This document shows positions 46,201 through 56,512 of a stretch of DNA of 56,512 bases, one piece after another; positions within the stretch are counted from its first letter, which is position 1; each line of letters begins with the position of its first letter. The stretch is from the NCBI GenBank assembly GCA_001724265.1, contig MEDY01000035.1, positions 62,001 to 118,512 on the forward strand, read 5' to 3'. Below the pieces are notes generated by a model. That model had not been told where the DNA came from. It ran no database searches and was given only the letters and a program-made list of their open reading frames with translations. Both the position numbers and the translations under genes were made by a program. The DNA comes from Rhizaria sp. SCN 62-66 (lineage: Eukaryota).

Positions 46201-49200
46201 TGAGCTGGCGCACGTACGCCGCGCCGTCCGCGGTCGTGGCAGTGACCGTGAGTGCAGTCGCAGAGGCAACGCCGGCAGAGAGCCAGTAGCCGACGAACGC
46301 GTTGAAGGCCGTGCGCTGCACGTCGGTGGCGATGTTCAGCCGCGCGTAGACCGCGTCGACGGCGGACGTAGCGGCCGCGACGATGCCGTTCTCGGCGTAG
46401 CCGAACATCTTGAACGACGAAGGCGCATTCGGCTTGAGGAGCTCCTCGGCGGTCACCTTGACCGGGGACGCGGCCTTGTCAGACTGCAGGAAGAGGTCGT
46501 GCTCGCCGGTGACAAGCAGCGACACGCGGTTGCTCTCCTCCGTCGAGTCAGCGCAGGAGTCGGTGGCCCAACGCGCCTGCTCGGCAGCGTGGGTGACCGA
46601 CACCATGGGCTCGCGGGCGGGGTCGTGCGCGCGGCGGACAAAATGCGTCGCGGGCTCGTACGCCAGCACCTTGCCAGCGGGGTCGTAAGAGGCAAAGCGC
46701 AGAGACTCGCCGGCAGCGAGCGCGCGCTCGATGGCGGGGCCGAAGAGGAAACCGCGGTCCGTGAGCACCTGGTGGTCCTCGGCGAAACAGTGGAAGTAAT
46801 ACTCCTGCGGGCGGATACCGGTGAAGAAGCGCTGCGAGATGTAACCACCGGCGCGCGGCTGCGGGTCGTAGCGCGCGAACGAGGGCAGAGTCTTACCGGC
46901 CTGCGTGGTGGGCACACGGCGGCCTTCGAGCTCCTGCTGGCCGAGCAGGCACGAGATCTGCGAGTGGTTCACCATGGAGCCCTTGGCGCCGGACAGAGTC
47001 ATCATAGCCATGTTGTTGCGCGGGAACGGCACGCGCTGGCCACCGGGCAGACAGGCCGAGATGATGGCCGACGTGCAGCCGTTAAGAGCGCCCTTGACGG
47101 CGCCGTCGAGCAGCTCGCCGGCGTTGGCCGTGGCGCCGAAGAAGCGCTGGATGGCCATGTTGACGGCGTTGGACTCGAGCAGATCCTCCTTCTTGGCGAC
47201 CGAGAGACCGGCACACTCGGCGGCGGCGGCGATACCAGCGAGCGCAGAGTCCTTAATGAGGTTCTGGCGCGCCTGGTCGGCCGCGGGCAGCAGCAGCATG
47301 TCGTCCATGCCGCACGTGAAGCCGTCGTACTGGAGCACGCGGGTGAAAAGGCGCGCGAAGATGGTGAGCAAGTCACCCGCGGCCTTGGCGCCGTAGAGCT
47401 CGTACACGGCGTGCACGAGGCCGTACTTGGACGCGCCGAACTGAGCCTTGTCGATAACACCCTGCACGAGCTCGTTGTCGCGGACGATGACGGAGCCGTC
47501 TTCCTCGGCGGCTTTGCCCCACGAGGAGCCGGGCACCTTGGCCTTGACGGGGTTTAGGTTGAGGGCGGGACGGCCGTACGTGACGTGGTCCATGACGCAC
47601 GAGATAACCTGCTTGCCAGTCCACAGCGCGCGCGGCTTGAGGATGGCCGGCACGGGGGTCGCCAGCGGCGCGTTGAGACCGGAGTCGGAGACGCCGAGGT
47701 AGAGGAACTGCTGGAAAAACTCCTTGTTGAGGAAGGCGTCGCGCTGCGTGAGGCGCACGCCGGCGACGACGTGGTCCTGGATGAGGCCGCGGAGCGGGTT
47801 GCCGGACGTCGGCACCGTGTACTGGTTGTCGTTGTTGCAGATGTCGTAGGCCTCAACGCGGGCAAGCTCGTTCTGAGGGAAATGGAGGTTGATCTCATCA
47901 CCGTCGAAGTCGGCGTTGTACGAGTTACAGTTGGCATAATGCATGCGAATCGTCGACTCGTTGTACAGCACGCGCGCGATGTGGGTCATCATCGATGGCT
48001 TGTGCAGCGTCGGCTGGCGGTTCACCAGCAGCACATCACCGGACTTAAGGTGACGCAACACAACCTTGGGTCCCGCGTCGCCGGCGTCGGATGAGTTGAT
48101 CATCTTCTCCACGCCCACGGCGCCCGAGCCACGGCCAGGCTGCGAGGACGCGTCGGCGTTGAGCGTCTTGGCCAGGGCGGTGCGCTGGTTCAGGTCCATC
48201 ATCTTGAGGTCCACGCGGCGGCCGCGCCCGTCGATGATCGAGTTCGCACCTGTAGATCGATTGAGAGAATCAAGAGAGGGAAAAAAGAGTGTTGTGAGTT
48301 AAATGAAAGTTGATTCAAGAGTGCATTATGAACTAGTATTGTTGTTAGAGCAAAAGATCAGACAGACGCCCATGTCTCCACGGGGTACAAGATAAAGAAT
48401 CACAAAGTTTCATATGTCCCTATCTAGAGTATCATCATTAAAAATTGCAAAACAATGAAAAAAGAAACGCAAAATGACAATAGAATGGTGAACGTACCAG
48501 GGTGAACGTCAGGGCCGTTGATGACGGCCTGGCGGAGCTCCTCGACGTTGTAGGGCGTGACAGGCTGGGGATAGGTGAGAACCTTGGCAAAGATCTCCGG
48601 CACGCCGATTTCCTTCGTGTGCAAGTACGGGTCGGGCGAAATAACAGAGCGCGCGGCGAAGTTGACACGCTTACCCATCATGTGCTTACGGAACAGACCC
48701 TGCTTCTTCTCGAGAACCTGCTTGATACCGGCGCCTTCGCTCTTGGAGAGCTGCGAGCCCGTCTTCTCAGAGTCAAACAGCAGGTTCACCTGGTGCTGCA
48801 GCTGCACCCAGGCGTGGATCACCTTGTTGCGCATGTCGTCGCCCATGTTCTCCACGGCAGCAGCGCCGCCCGCGCGCATCGCGGCATCCTTAGCCGAGGC
48901 GCCGGCGCCAGCGGCGACACCGGCGGCGGCAGAGGAAGACGCGGCGGCCGTCTCGGTGACGGTGCGGAGGATCTCGTCGTTGAGGTCGAAGATCTTGCGG
49001 TAGCTGACGTTCATGTCGTTGTCGAAGGCCTCACCGTTGACCATGCGCGGCGGGCGCAGACGCGAGGGCGGCACCAGCAGCAGACGGTGGAAAAAGGCGC
49101 GGTAGTCAGCAGCGTTGAACGAGGGCGACGCGACGGCGTAGGTGGACTCGGGGAAAAAGAGAAGCTTCACGAGGTCGTGCTCCTGCTCCCACAGGTACTG

Positions 49201-50373
49201 CATGTGGCGCTCCACTTCGTTGGGCAGCAGAATGCGCGTCTCGGTTGTCTCCGTCACGGCCACGGACGAGGCCATGACCGCAGACTCCTTGAGGTTCTTG
49301 CCGCTGGGAGGCGCAACCATGCCGTCGTTGTCGTCGTCGTCGTTGTCGTTCTGGCGGCCCGCGGCGTCGTCTTCCGACATGTCCGTCTCGTTGTCGTCGT
49401 CGCTGGCGTCGTCGCTGCCGGACTCGCCGTCCGAACCGCCGCCGCGGCGCTTGGCAGCGGCCTTCTTCTTGGCGGCCGCGGCGGCGGTCTTGGCGCGCTC
49501 CTTGTCGAGCTTCGCCTTGTTGCTGGCGAGACGCTTGTCGAGGTTCTTGCCCGTGACAAAGCCGCTACCGGCGACCTTGCCGTCGGAGTCCGTCATGGGC
49601 GCGGGGCCCGAGAGGACGGACGAGATGACGATGTTGCTGTTCATGTTGGCCTTTTGCGAGGTCGCCGAGGGAACCATGAAGATCTTGGTGAAGCCGTCGC
49701 GACGGAACTTGGGCGAGATGGCCTTGCAGTGGGCGCACTTGACGACGCCACCGCAGGCAAGCATGAAGTTCTTGATGAGCTTGTTGCGGATGTTGACGTC
49801 GTGCATCGAAAGCTTCTTAGAGCCCTTGCGGCGGTCGCACTCGCGTGCGGCCTTGGCGATCTCCTTGTCCAGCGCCTCGAGCAGGGCCTCCATCGAGTCG
49901 TCGATCGCGTTCTCCGAGTCGTCCTTGCGGGTCTTGAGGGCCGTGGCGCGGGCGGAGAAAAGAGACTCGACCTCGAGGGCGCGGGCGATGGAGCCGGCCT
50001 GGATGTAGAGCAGCTGCGCTTCGAGGATCTTCTTCTTCAGCGCCGGGATGCGGAGCTTGTGGCATTTGAAGCACTTGATCTGCAGGAGGCGGTAGAGCTG
50101 GGGGAACATGAAGACGTTGTAGACGGGCACGGCGAGCTGCAGGTGGCCATTGTGACCGGGGCAGTGCTTGTCGCCGAGACCGCATGTGTGGCACTTCTCG
50201 AACATGTCCAGCGCGCCGAACGCGCGATCGTAGAAACCGCCACGCACGGGTTGGCGCAGAGTGTCGAAAGAGAAAGAGTTGGTGATTTGCTTGACGCTGA
50301 GCATCTTGATCTCTTCATCGTTGAAGAAGCCGAAGCCCAGGCCGACGACCTGCTTGTCAATGATTTCCGGCAT
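43205..50373 (-). CDS. RPA1: DNA-directed RNA polymerase I largest subunit (RPA1/A190), 2 exons, intein-containing precursor of 2306 aa
   Basis: Exons 50373-48498 and 48249-43205 (intron GTACGT...CAG, phase 1, giving HP-G-ANSII). Zn clamp CHTC...CPGHNGH, KQGLFRKHMMGKRVNFAARSVISPD, NRQPTLHKPSM, catalytic YNADFDGDEINLH, Pol I-type [36 protein letters not shown], acidic expander-like loop, no CTD. Ends TAA. Confidence 0.98.
45653..46789 (-). mobile_element. Intein (379 aa) with degenerate LAGLIDADG homing endonuclease, in frame within RPA1
   Basis: 1137-nt in-frame insertion between EYYFH and CMAGREG. Block A CFAEDHQVLTDRG, block B LLVTGEHDLF (TxxH), EN-like blocks FVGYWLSAG, LVTGLRTANG and IFTASVALRDELIVALLHAG, block F YTGDVWCVTV, block G PMIVGN followed by Cys+1. 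Confidence 0.95.
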
Positions 50374-50892
50374 CGGGCGCCTCGATCACTACACGGGTCA
50401 GAAAAGCGGGGGGAAACTCTGACGCGAGGGTCTGTACAGCAACAAAGGGCGCGGGCAAGCAAGAATGAAAAAAAAAGGGCACGGGAGGCGTGAGGAAGCG
50501 AAGTGGCAGCGAAGGGTTTCCGACTGGCAAGAGCGTTGCGCGAAAAGAGAAATAGGGACACATATTAAACCCCACACGTGCAGCCATCTTAATAATGAAT
50601 AGAACACGGTGCGGTTAAAGCAAGGCAGCTATTAATTTCCTATTGCAGTGAAGAAAGTGGCCTGTTTGGGACGTTTGCCGAACCAGTCTCGACTCGCTCG
50701 ATCGCGGTGCTTCGGCCCAGACAAAGTTAAGCCGCAGCCAGCCCGACCGGCCCGAGCCGACCGAGCGACCGAATGCCTGACTGAAAAGACATAAAATGAG
50801 TTGAAACGAACTTGAAACTAGAGTGTATTAGATTTATAATCAACTATATAACAATAAAGCAGTGTGATAAATATCAATATTGCAGTGTTATT

Positions 50893-53800
50893 TTAAGGGA
50901 GCCAGTCCTCAAAGAGGGCGAGCAACGCATCGAGCTCGCGCAGGTTGCGAATCTCCGCCACCGCGCTCCGGCCCGCCAGTGGCGCCACGTTGCGGAGCTC
51001 GCGGAACACACCGCACTGCGCAAGACAGTCTGCTGCGCAACCGGGCCCGCACTGGATGAGCGTGCCGTGGGCCACGCGCGATCCCAGAGGCGTCATCGAT
51101 TGAAAAGGCCGCGCGGATACCGCCTTAGCAAGCGGAGGCGTATTCGCAGTCGCAGTGGCTGCAGCTACTGGCAGCGCAATGGATGTTGTCGTAGTATCGC
51201 AGCAGCGGGCAATGTCAGCCGCACAGTCGTACGCATTGGTCCGGTCAGCAAACCACCTGCCCAGAGCCTGCGACTGCGCCTGAGCAGTGACAAGGCAGTA
51301 TCGCGGGCCGCCCAGCGCCGCCACAGCCGCAACAGCCTCTGCAGCGTTCTCGGCTATCGCGCCCACTGACGCGGCCGCCTCTGCAGCCGGTGGTGGAGCT
51401 GCGAGTGCATGTACAGGCAGCGCGGCGATACGTTCACCGGGAAACGCAGGTGCAAGGCCGAGGAGCATTGCCCAGGCAAACGCCCACATCAGCCCGCCGC
51501 GGTCACAACTCTCGCCGTCACAACAGCTGCCGTTGTTGTTAATGTGGTTGTTGTTCTCCTGCTGCTGCGCGACGGTGACTGCAGCAAGATCGACGCGGTC
51601 TTCCTCGAGAGCAAGCGACACAAGCACGGCGCGGGCGGCGCGAACGCCGGGCAGAGCGCGGAGGGCGCGGGCGGAGGCGCGCACGCGGGCGGCCACGGGG
51701 GCGGGAACCAGCCGCGTCAACGCAGCCACGGCCGCAGCGGCAGTGGCAGTGACGTCCGCAGCGGCGGCAGGAGTAGCGTCTGCGTTGGCAGTGTGATTCG
51801 CGCCGGACAGCCACGCCTCAATCGCATTAGTGTTGCTCGCGCCGAGGGAACCTGTCGAACTGGTACCTGCGGAACCTGTGGCACTTGTGGTACTTGTGGT
51901 GCCTGCAGTGCGGAGGCAGTCGTAGAGCAGGCGCGCGCGCAGCAGCTGACGGGCGCGTGCAGCGACAATCTCCCCTTCAGTGCGCTGCACACGGCCACCA
52001 TTACCGACAATATCACAGTCGTCCGCCATAGCGACAGCGGAGGCGGTGGTCGCGACTGAGCTTGCCTCAGATGAGACATCGGCGGCAGAAGGTGGGTCAG
52101 AGGCCAGCAACGCCGCCGCCGAAGCGCTCCAGTTCTCGTGTGCGGCATTAGCGGACTGTGGCAGCGCGAAATGCTCGGTTTCGGCCGCAGTGAAAGGAGA
52201 CCGGCGTCGCAGCCAGTGCGGGAGCGGGGTGACTGAGATGTGCCTGTGCCACAGAGCCGCCCAGCTCGCATCCGGACCCGCCGACTGTGGCTGCTGTGGC
52301 TGTTGATGCTGTTGTGGCTGCTGCGGGGTGGGTGATGGCAAAGTGCGCGGCACAGCGGCGTAGGGAAGCAGCGCGGGCGGCACGTCACAGCAGCGCGCGC
52401 AACCAACGCCACTTTTGCCACAGCTCTCTGTGATGTTTGTCTCAGTCGAAAGGCCAGCGCAGGAGTCACACAGTGAAATCGCGGGCGCAGAGGTCGGCAG
52501 CACAGGCCCGGTCAGCGGGGGACCGAAGATAGCGCGGGCCAGCTCGCTGGCCGCGGCCGCCGCAGCCTCGTACACACGCGCCGCGGGCTCGCTGTCACTC
52601 GAGTCGCCAGCGCCCGTGCCCGAGTCAGAGCCGGAACCGGTGCCGGTGTCGGCGCTGTCGCCGGGACAGTCGAAGCGCAGCGGGAGGGAGGTGAGATCCC
52701 AAACGAGACCGTGTCGCGGCGCCATAGCGAGCTCGAACTCAGTCTGCTGCTGCTGATGCTGCTGTTGCTGCTGTGGGTGCAGTTGTTGAGAGAGAATCGT
52801 TGTGTCGGCGACCCCAAACCCAAAGGCAGGGTTTGCGCCGGTCGCGGGGCCTGCGACTGTGTGCGGCGCAGTGACCGTGAGCACAGAGCCTGCGACTGGA
52901 GGCAACGCCCAGCGCGGCGGCCGTCCCGCCGCGACCCAGTCCTCCGGCGCAGCAACATCATCAGCTCCCGCGGGCGCAGCCGCAACTTCAGCGGTGGCGG
53001 CAGTGGCGCGTGCAGCGGCGGCGTCGGCGCTCGCCTTGCGCGCGCGCGCGGCGTGCACCGCGGCTGCGAGAGCGACAGCCGCCGCGGGGGTTGTCGCCTG
53101 CGCCGCGGCCGCGGCCTAGGCAGCGGCGAGCGCGGCGTCAGCAGCGGCGACGGCGGCGAGTGCGGCGTCAGCAGCGGCGACAGCGGCCAAAACGGCCTCG
53201 TGCGCACTGGCAGACGCTGTAGGGGACGCTGCAGCGGCGCTGCCGGCGCCCATAGGCACAGGCGCAGGCGTAATGTCTCGAGGCGTCAAACCACGAACCG
53301 TGTTTAACTTCGCACTGGAATTGGCCGTGTTTGCGGGGCCGCGCCGGAGCCAGGGCTCCGAGCCCGCCAGCGCCCCCGCGGAGACGGTGGCTGCGAGTGC
53401 GGGTGCGCAGTGCGGCGTCACAACACAGTGCGCGCCGACCGACGGCTGAGGGCGCGGAACATCTGGCCCAGCGCAGTCAACATACTGCTGTTGTTGCTGT
53501 GCGCTGTGGAGTGTGTGGTCGGCGGAGTCAACGGGGCCCGGGACGAGCACGGGCGCGGGCGCGGACTCCGGCCGGTCAGAGAAAAACGCCGGCGTGAACG
53601 ACGCCTCCGTCGAAGTCGCCGCCGCCGCGGCGCCACTCGCTGCCGGACTGGAGGCGTACCCAGCGCGCGCTGCGGCCAGCCCAGACTGCGCCTCGGCCCG
53701 CGCCAGCGCCAGAGCACGCGCGGCGCGTTCGCAGCACGAGTGATCCCGTGAAGAAGCGTCACCGTGCGAGGCCCAGAGGTCGGCCGTGGCAACGCGGCGG

Positions 53801-55077
53801 CGGATCTCCCACGCCAGCGCGTCCCCCCGCCCGCCGCCGAGCGCCGCCAGCGCTGCTGATGGCGCCAGTCGGGCCGCTGCGGCCGCGAGGGCGGTCTGCG
53901 CGGTCTGGAGCACGCCGTGGGCGTGGGCGGCGGCGGTGTACGGCGAGAGCAGAGGGTGGGCGATGGGCACGGCGGCGGGGCCCGAAAGCGGCCCGCCGCG
54001 CGCACTCTGGCCGCAAAAGCGGCAACACGACGCGGCTGACTGCGGCTGGGACTGAGACTGCGTCTGATGTTGCGTGTGGTGTTGTAAGTGCAGAGGCGGT
54101 TCAGGGCCCAATAGCTGGCTCACGGTCACCGCATGCGTGCGGTTCGCAGCGTAGTAATCACAGTCATCGACGGTTAGAGCATCTACCGCAGTCGCAGGCG
54201 TCGTCTCAGAGGCGATATCGGCCTCGGCGAGCGGGAACGGCGTGGCGGCCCAGACCGCAGCCCACACGTGCGGCGGCAGGGGCGGATGAGACTGCAGCGC
54301 ATCGGCGCGCTCGATGCACTCTGACAGCCACGCGCCGCCCGCAGCAGCCGCGGGCGCCGTCGCCAGCGCACTGCCGCCGCCGTCGCCGCGAGCGAGTGTC
54401 GTTTGCGACTCTGAGGGGCGCAGTGAGGCGGCCCAGCGAGCGGACTTCTGCTCGGACCGCCGCAGCTCGACGGCGCGGGCGATGGCGGCGCGTGCGGAAG
54501 ACGGCGGCAGCGCGCGCGGTAGCGCCGTCACGGAGTAGGGGGCCGCAGCAACCGCCGCGGCGGCGGCGGCGCGGGAAGAGGACGAGGAGGACGAGGAGGA
54601 CGAGGCAGAGGCGTAAGCGGTGGCGGAGGCGGCGGCCGTGGCTGGGGAGGTGAGGCGGCGGCGCGCGTTGGCGAGCGGGACCTGTGCGGGGTGCCGCGGC
54701 GGCAGCAAACGCAGGCAAGCGTCGGTGACGGCCGCGGCAGCCGTGGCGGCGGCGGCGGCGTCGGCGGCGGCGGACACGGCAAGGAGCTCGTCCAGCACGA
54801 ATGCCAGCGAAGGGAAAGCTGCGCCGATGGCCACCGCGGCCTGTAACGGGGAGAGCAGGAGCCCCGACAGCGCGGGCGGGCGCGCGCCGGCGTCGCGTAG
54901 CAGCGCAGCGAGCAACGCAAGGAAAGGCGGCAACAGTGTGGGTGCGCCGAGCAGCGTGTGTTCGATGAATCCCGTGAGCGCGGCTGAGAGCGGCTCCAGC
55001 GCAGTCGTCGCGTACGGGTCAGCCGCGTGTGTCAGCGCAGCCGCCGTCTCGCACAAGGATAACAAAAGTGCGTCCAT
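50893..55077 (-). CDS. Ala-rich hypothetical protein (~1394 aa), one in-frame TAG
   Basis: Track ORFs 53116..55077 and 50893..53058 share one frame, separated only by TAG (53118-53116) inside a poly-Ala run ([14 protein letters not shown]). There is no AT-rich spacer between them, and the downstream ORF starts at GTG. Ends TAA. Confidence 0.7.
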
Positions 55078-55770
55078 GTTGGGCGCTGAAAAGGCGCAGC
55101 CAACGAAGTCAGCGGCCGCGGAGGATCGAGGGCGGAACAGTGAGATGACGCGGCACTGAGAGATGTGGCGAAACGCGGGCGGTCTACGGCAAAAATATCA
55201 GGGGATTGATCGTCAATACAAGTGGTTTAACGGTAAGATACGCGATTCAAATCAGGACAAATCATATCTTAATTTTAGTGTCACGGGGATCGATTTGGCT
55301 GAAGATCTTTCAATATCGTCTATCTTGACGGTGGGTCTCGCTGTGGTGTTGGCGGACTCAGGTGTAGATTGGGCGAAGACGAGTTGCTTTATCGACTCTG
55401 CACGATGCGGCAACGACTGTCAGTCCGTTTACGACTTGCTTCTCAGGCTGCACGCATTGTTTGTACTTGTACTTCATTTTAAATCAATCATATACTGCCT
55501 ATTTATCCCCACGTATCCGCTTTCAAATCACTCTCACGATCGTGAATCATGAATGCTTCTGCCCCCTCTATTAGCTCCTCTAGAGCAACCCACGCGACGG
55601 ATAACTGCAACCAGGCAAGCCTCAAAGGTTGTCTTTAGTTCTTAGTCTCTCCCAACGCCGCTTCTTTTGGCGAAAGGCCTCTCTCTGCGCCCAGCTGCAG
55701 GCTCGCTTTTCCACCCTCGTCCTCGTCACTGGCTTGCTTCCCCGCCGCGTCAGCTTCTCCCGTGCGCCCC

Positions 55771-56468
55771 ATGTCGTCCCAGCAGCAGACGACGCAGCCC
55801 GTGGCTCCCCCGCGTCCCTTTGTGGCCCAGGGCGCTGCTGCAAACGCCGGCTTTTCTCCATCGGGCCCCGCGCGTCCCCCGCGCACGATGCTCCCCACGG
55901 CGAGAACGGCCGGCTCCGGCGCTGGCTCAGCCGCGGCGGGCACGGACGCGTCCGCGGGCGAGTTCGACGCCGAGACGACGCTGTTCCTGCGACACGCGCA
56001 CCGCTCTGTTGCGCGTTTCCGCGTCACGAAGCTGTCATCGAAGCCTAACGGCCCGTCGCACGTGCGCGTGCTGGAGATCGACGCCCACGACCGCTGTCTC
56101 CGCATCACCGCCGACCCCTCCGCAGTCAAGCCCGCCCGCGTGGGCGCTGACGCTGACGCCGCGGGCGGCGCCGACGCTGCCGCGGCCGCCGCTGCAGCTG
56201 CTGCGAAGCCCGCGCTGGCGGAAATCAAGCCGCCGCACGTGTACGTCGTGCTTCCGCTCAGCTCCATCTCCCGCATCGACCGCTCCGCGCTCGACCCGAC
56301 CTACCTCTGCGTCGTGCCCACGTTCACGGCCAAGATCCCCGCGCTGTCATTGCACTTCGCGGACCTGGCCTCAGTCAAGCAGGCCGTCGAGCGCATCCAT
56401 GCTCTCGCGCCCGGCGTCATCGAAGCCGTCACCGACGCGGCCGCCGCCGCGGGGCCCGCCGCCGCGGG

Positions 56469-56502
<34 letters not shown>

Positions 56503-56512
56503 GGCACCGGCG
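55771..56512 (+). CDS. 3'-truncated protein with a PH-like beta-rich N-terminal domain
   Basis: Missing from the ORF track because it runs off the window. From ATG 55771: MSSQQQTTQP...VARFRVTKLSSKPNGPSHVRVLEIDAHDRCLRIT...VLPLSSISRIDRSALDPTYLCV...LSLHFADLASVKQAVERIHAL, i.e. strands then a terminal helix. An upstream in-frame ATG at 55549 is reachable only through TAG 55636-55638. Confidence 0.65.

Noticed and set aside
43454-47557. 1367-aa plus-strand ORF antisense to RPA1, and similar long antisense/alternate-frame ORFs (48502..50493, 4446..5900, 9966..11486, 30631..31563)
   Set aside because: Shadow ORFs expected from strong GC3 codon bias on the coding strand; no recognisable motifs, and they mirror well-supported genes.
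7427-55332. CCGTCA/TGACGG hexamer in several upstream regions (7427, 18712, 30506, 32200, 55326)
   Set aside because: A hexamer at this frequency is near chance expectation and is also common in coding DNA; no support without genome-wide enrichment.

Overview
Gene-dense, GC-rich nuclear DNA of an unidentified eukaryote, probably a protist: short AT-rich spacers, about ten short GT-AG introns, and many Ala/Gln/Ser low-complexity proteins. About 14 genes are supported: NCA2-like (5'-truncated), AP-1 gamma adaptin, phosphomannomutase, tRNA-splicing endonuclease SEN2, a DUF6787-like protein, a multi-pass membrane protein, RNA polymerase I largest subunit (RPA1), a 3'-truncated PH-like protein and several large orphans. 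Two signals stand out. (1) TAG appears to be a sense codon: six in-frame TAGs interrupt four otherwise continuous genes, including SEN2, where a conserved motif lies upstream of two TAGs, while all 13 visible gene ends are TGA (8) or TAA (5). This suggests a variant nuclear code reassigning UAG alone; Gln is the best guess but is unproven. (2) RPA1 carries a 379-aa intein with a decayed LAGLIDADG endonuclease inserted at the bridge helix. All family assignments are motif recognition from memory; no searches were run.
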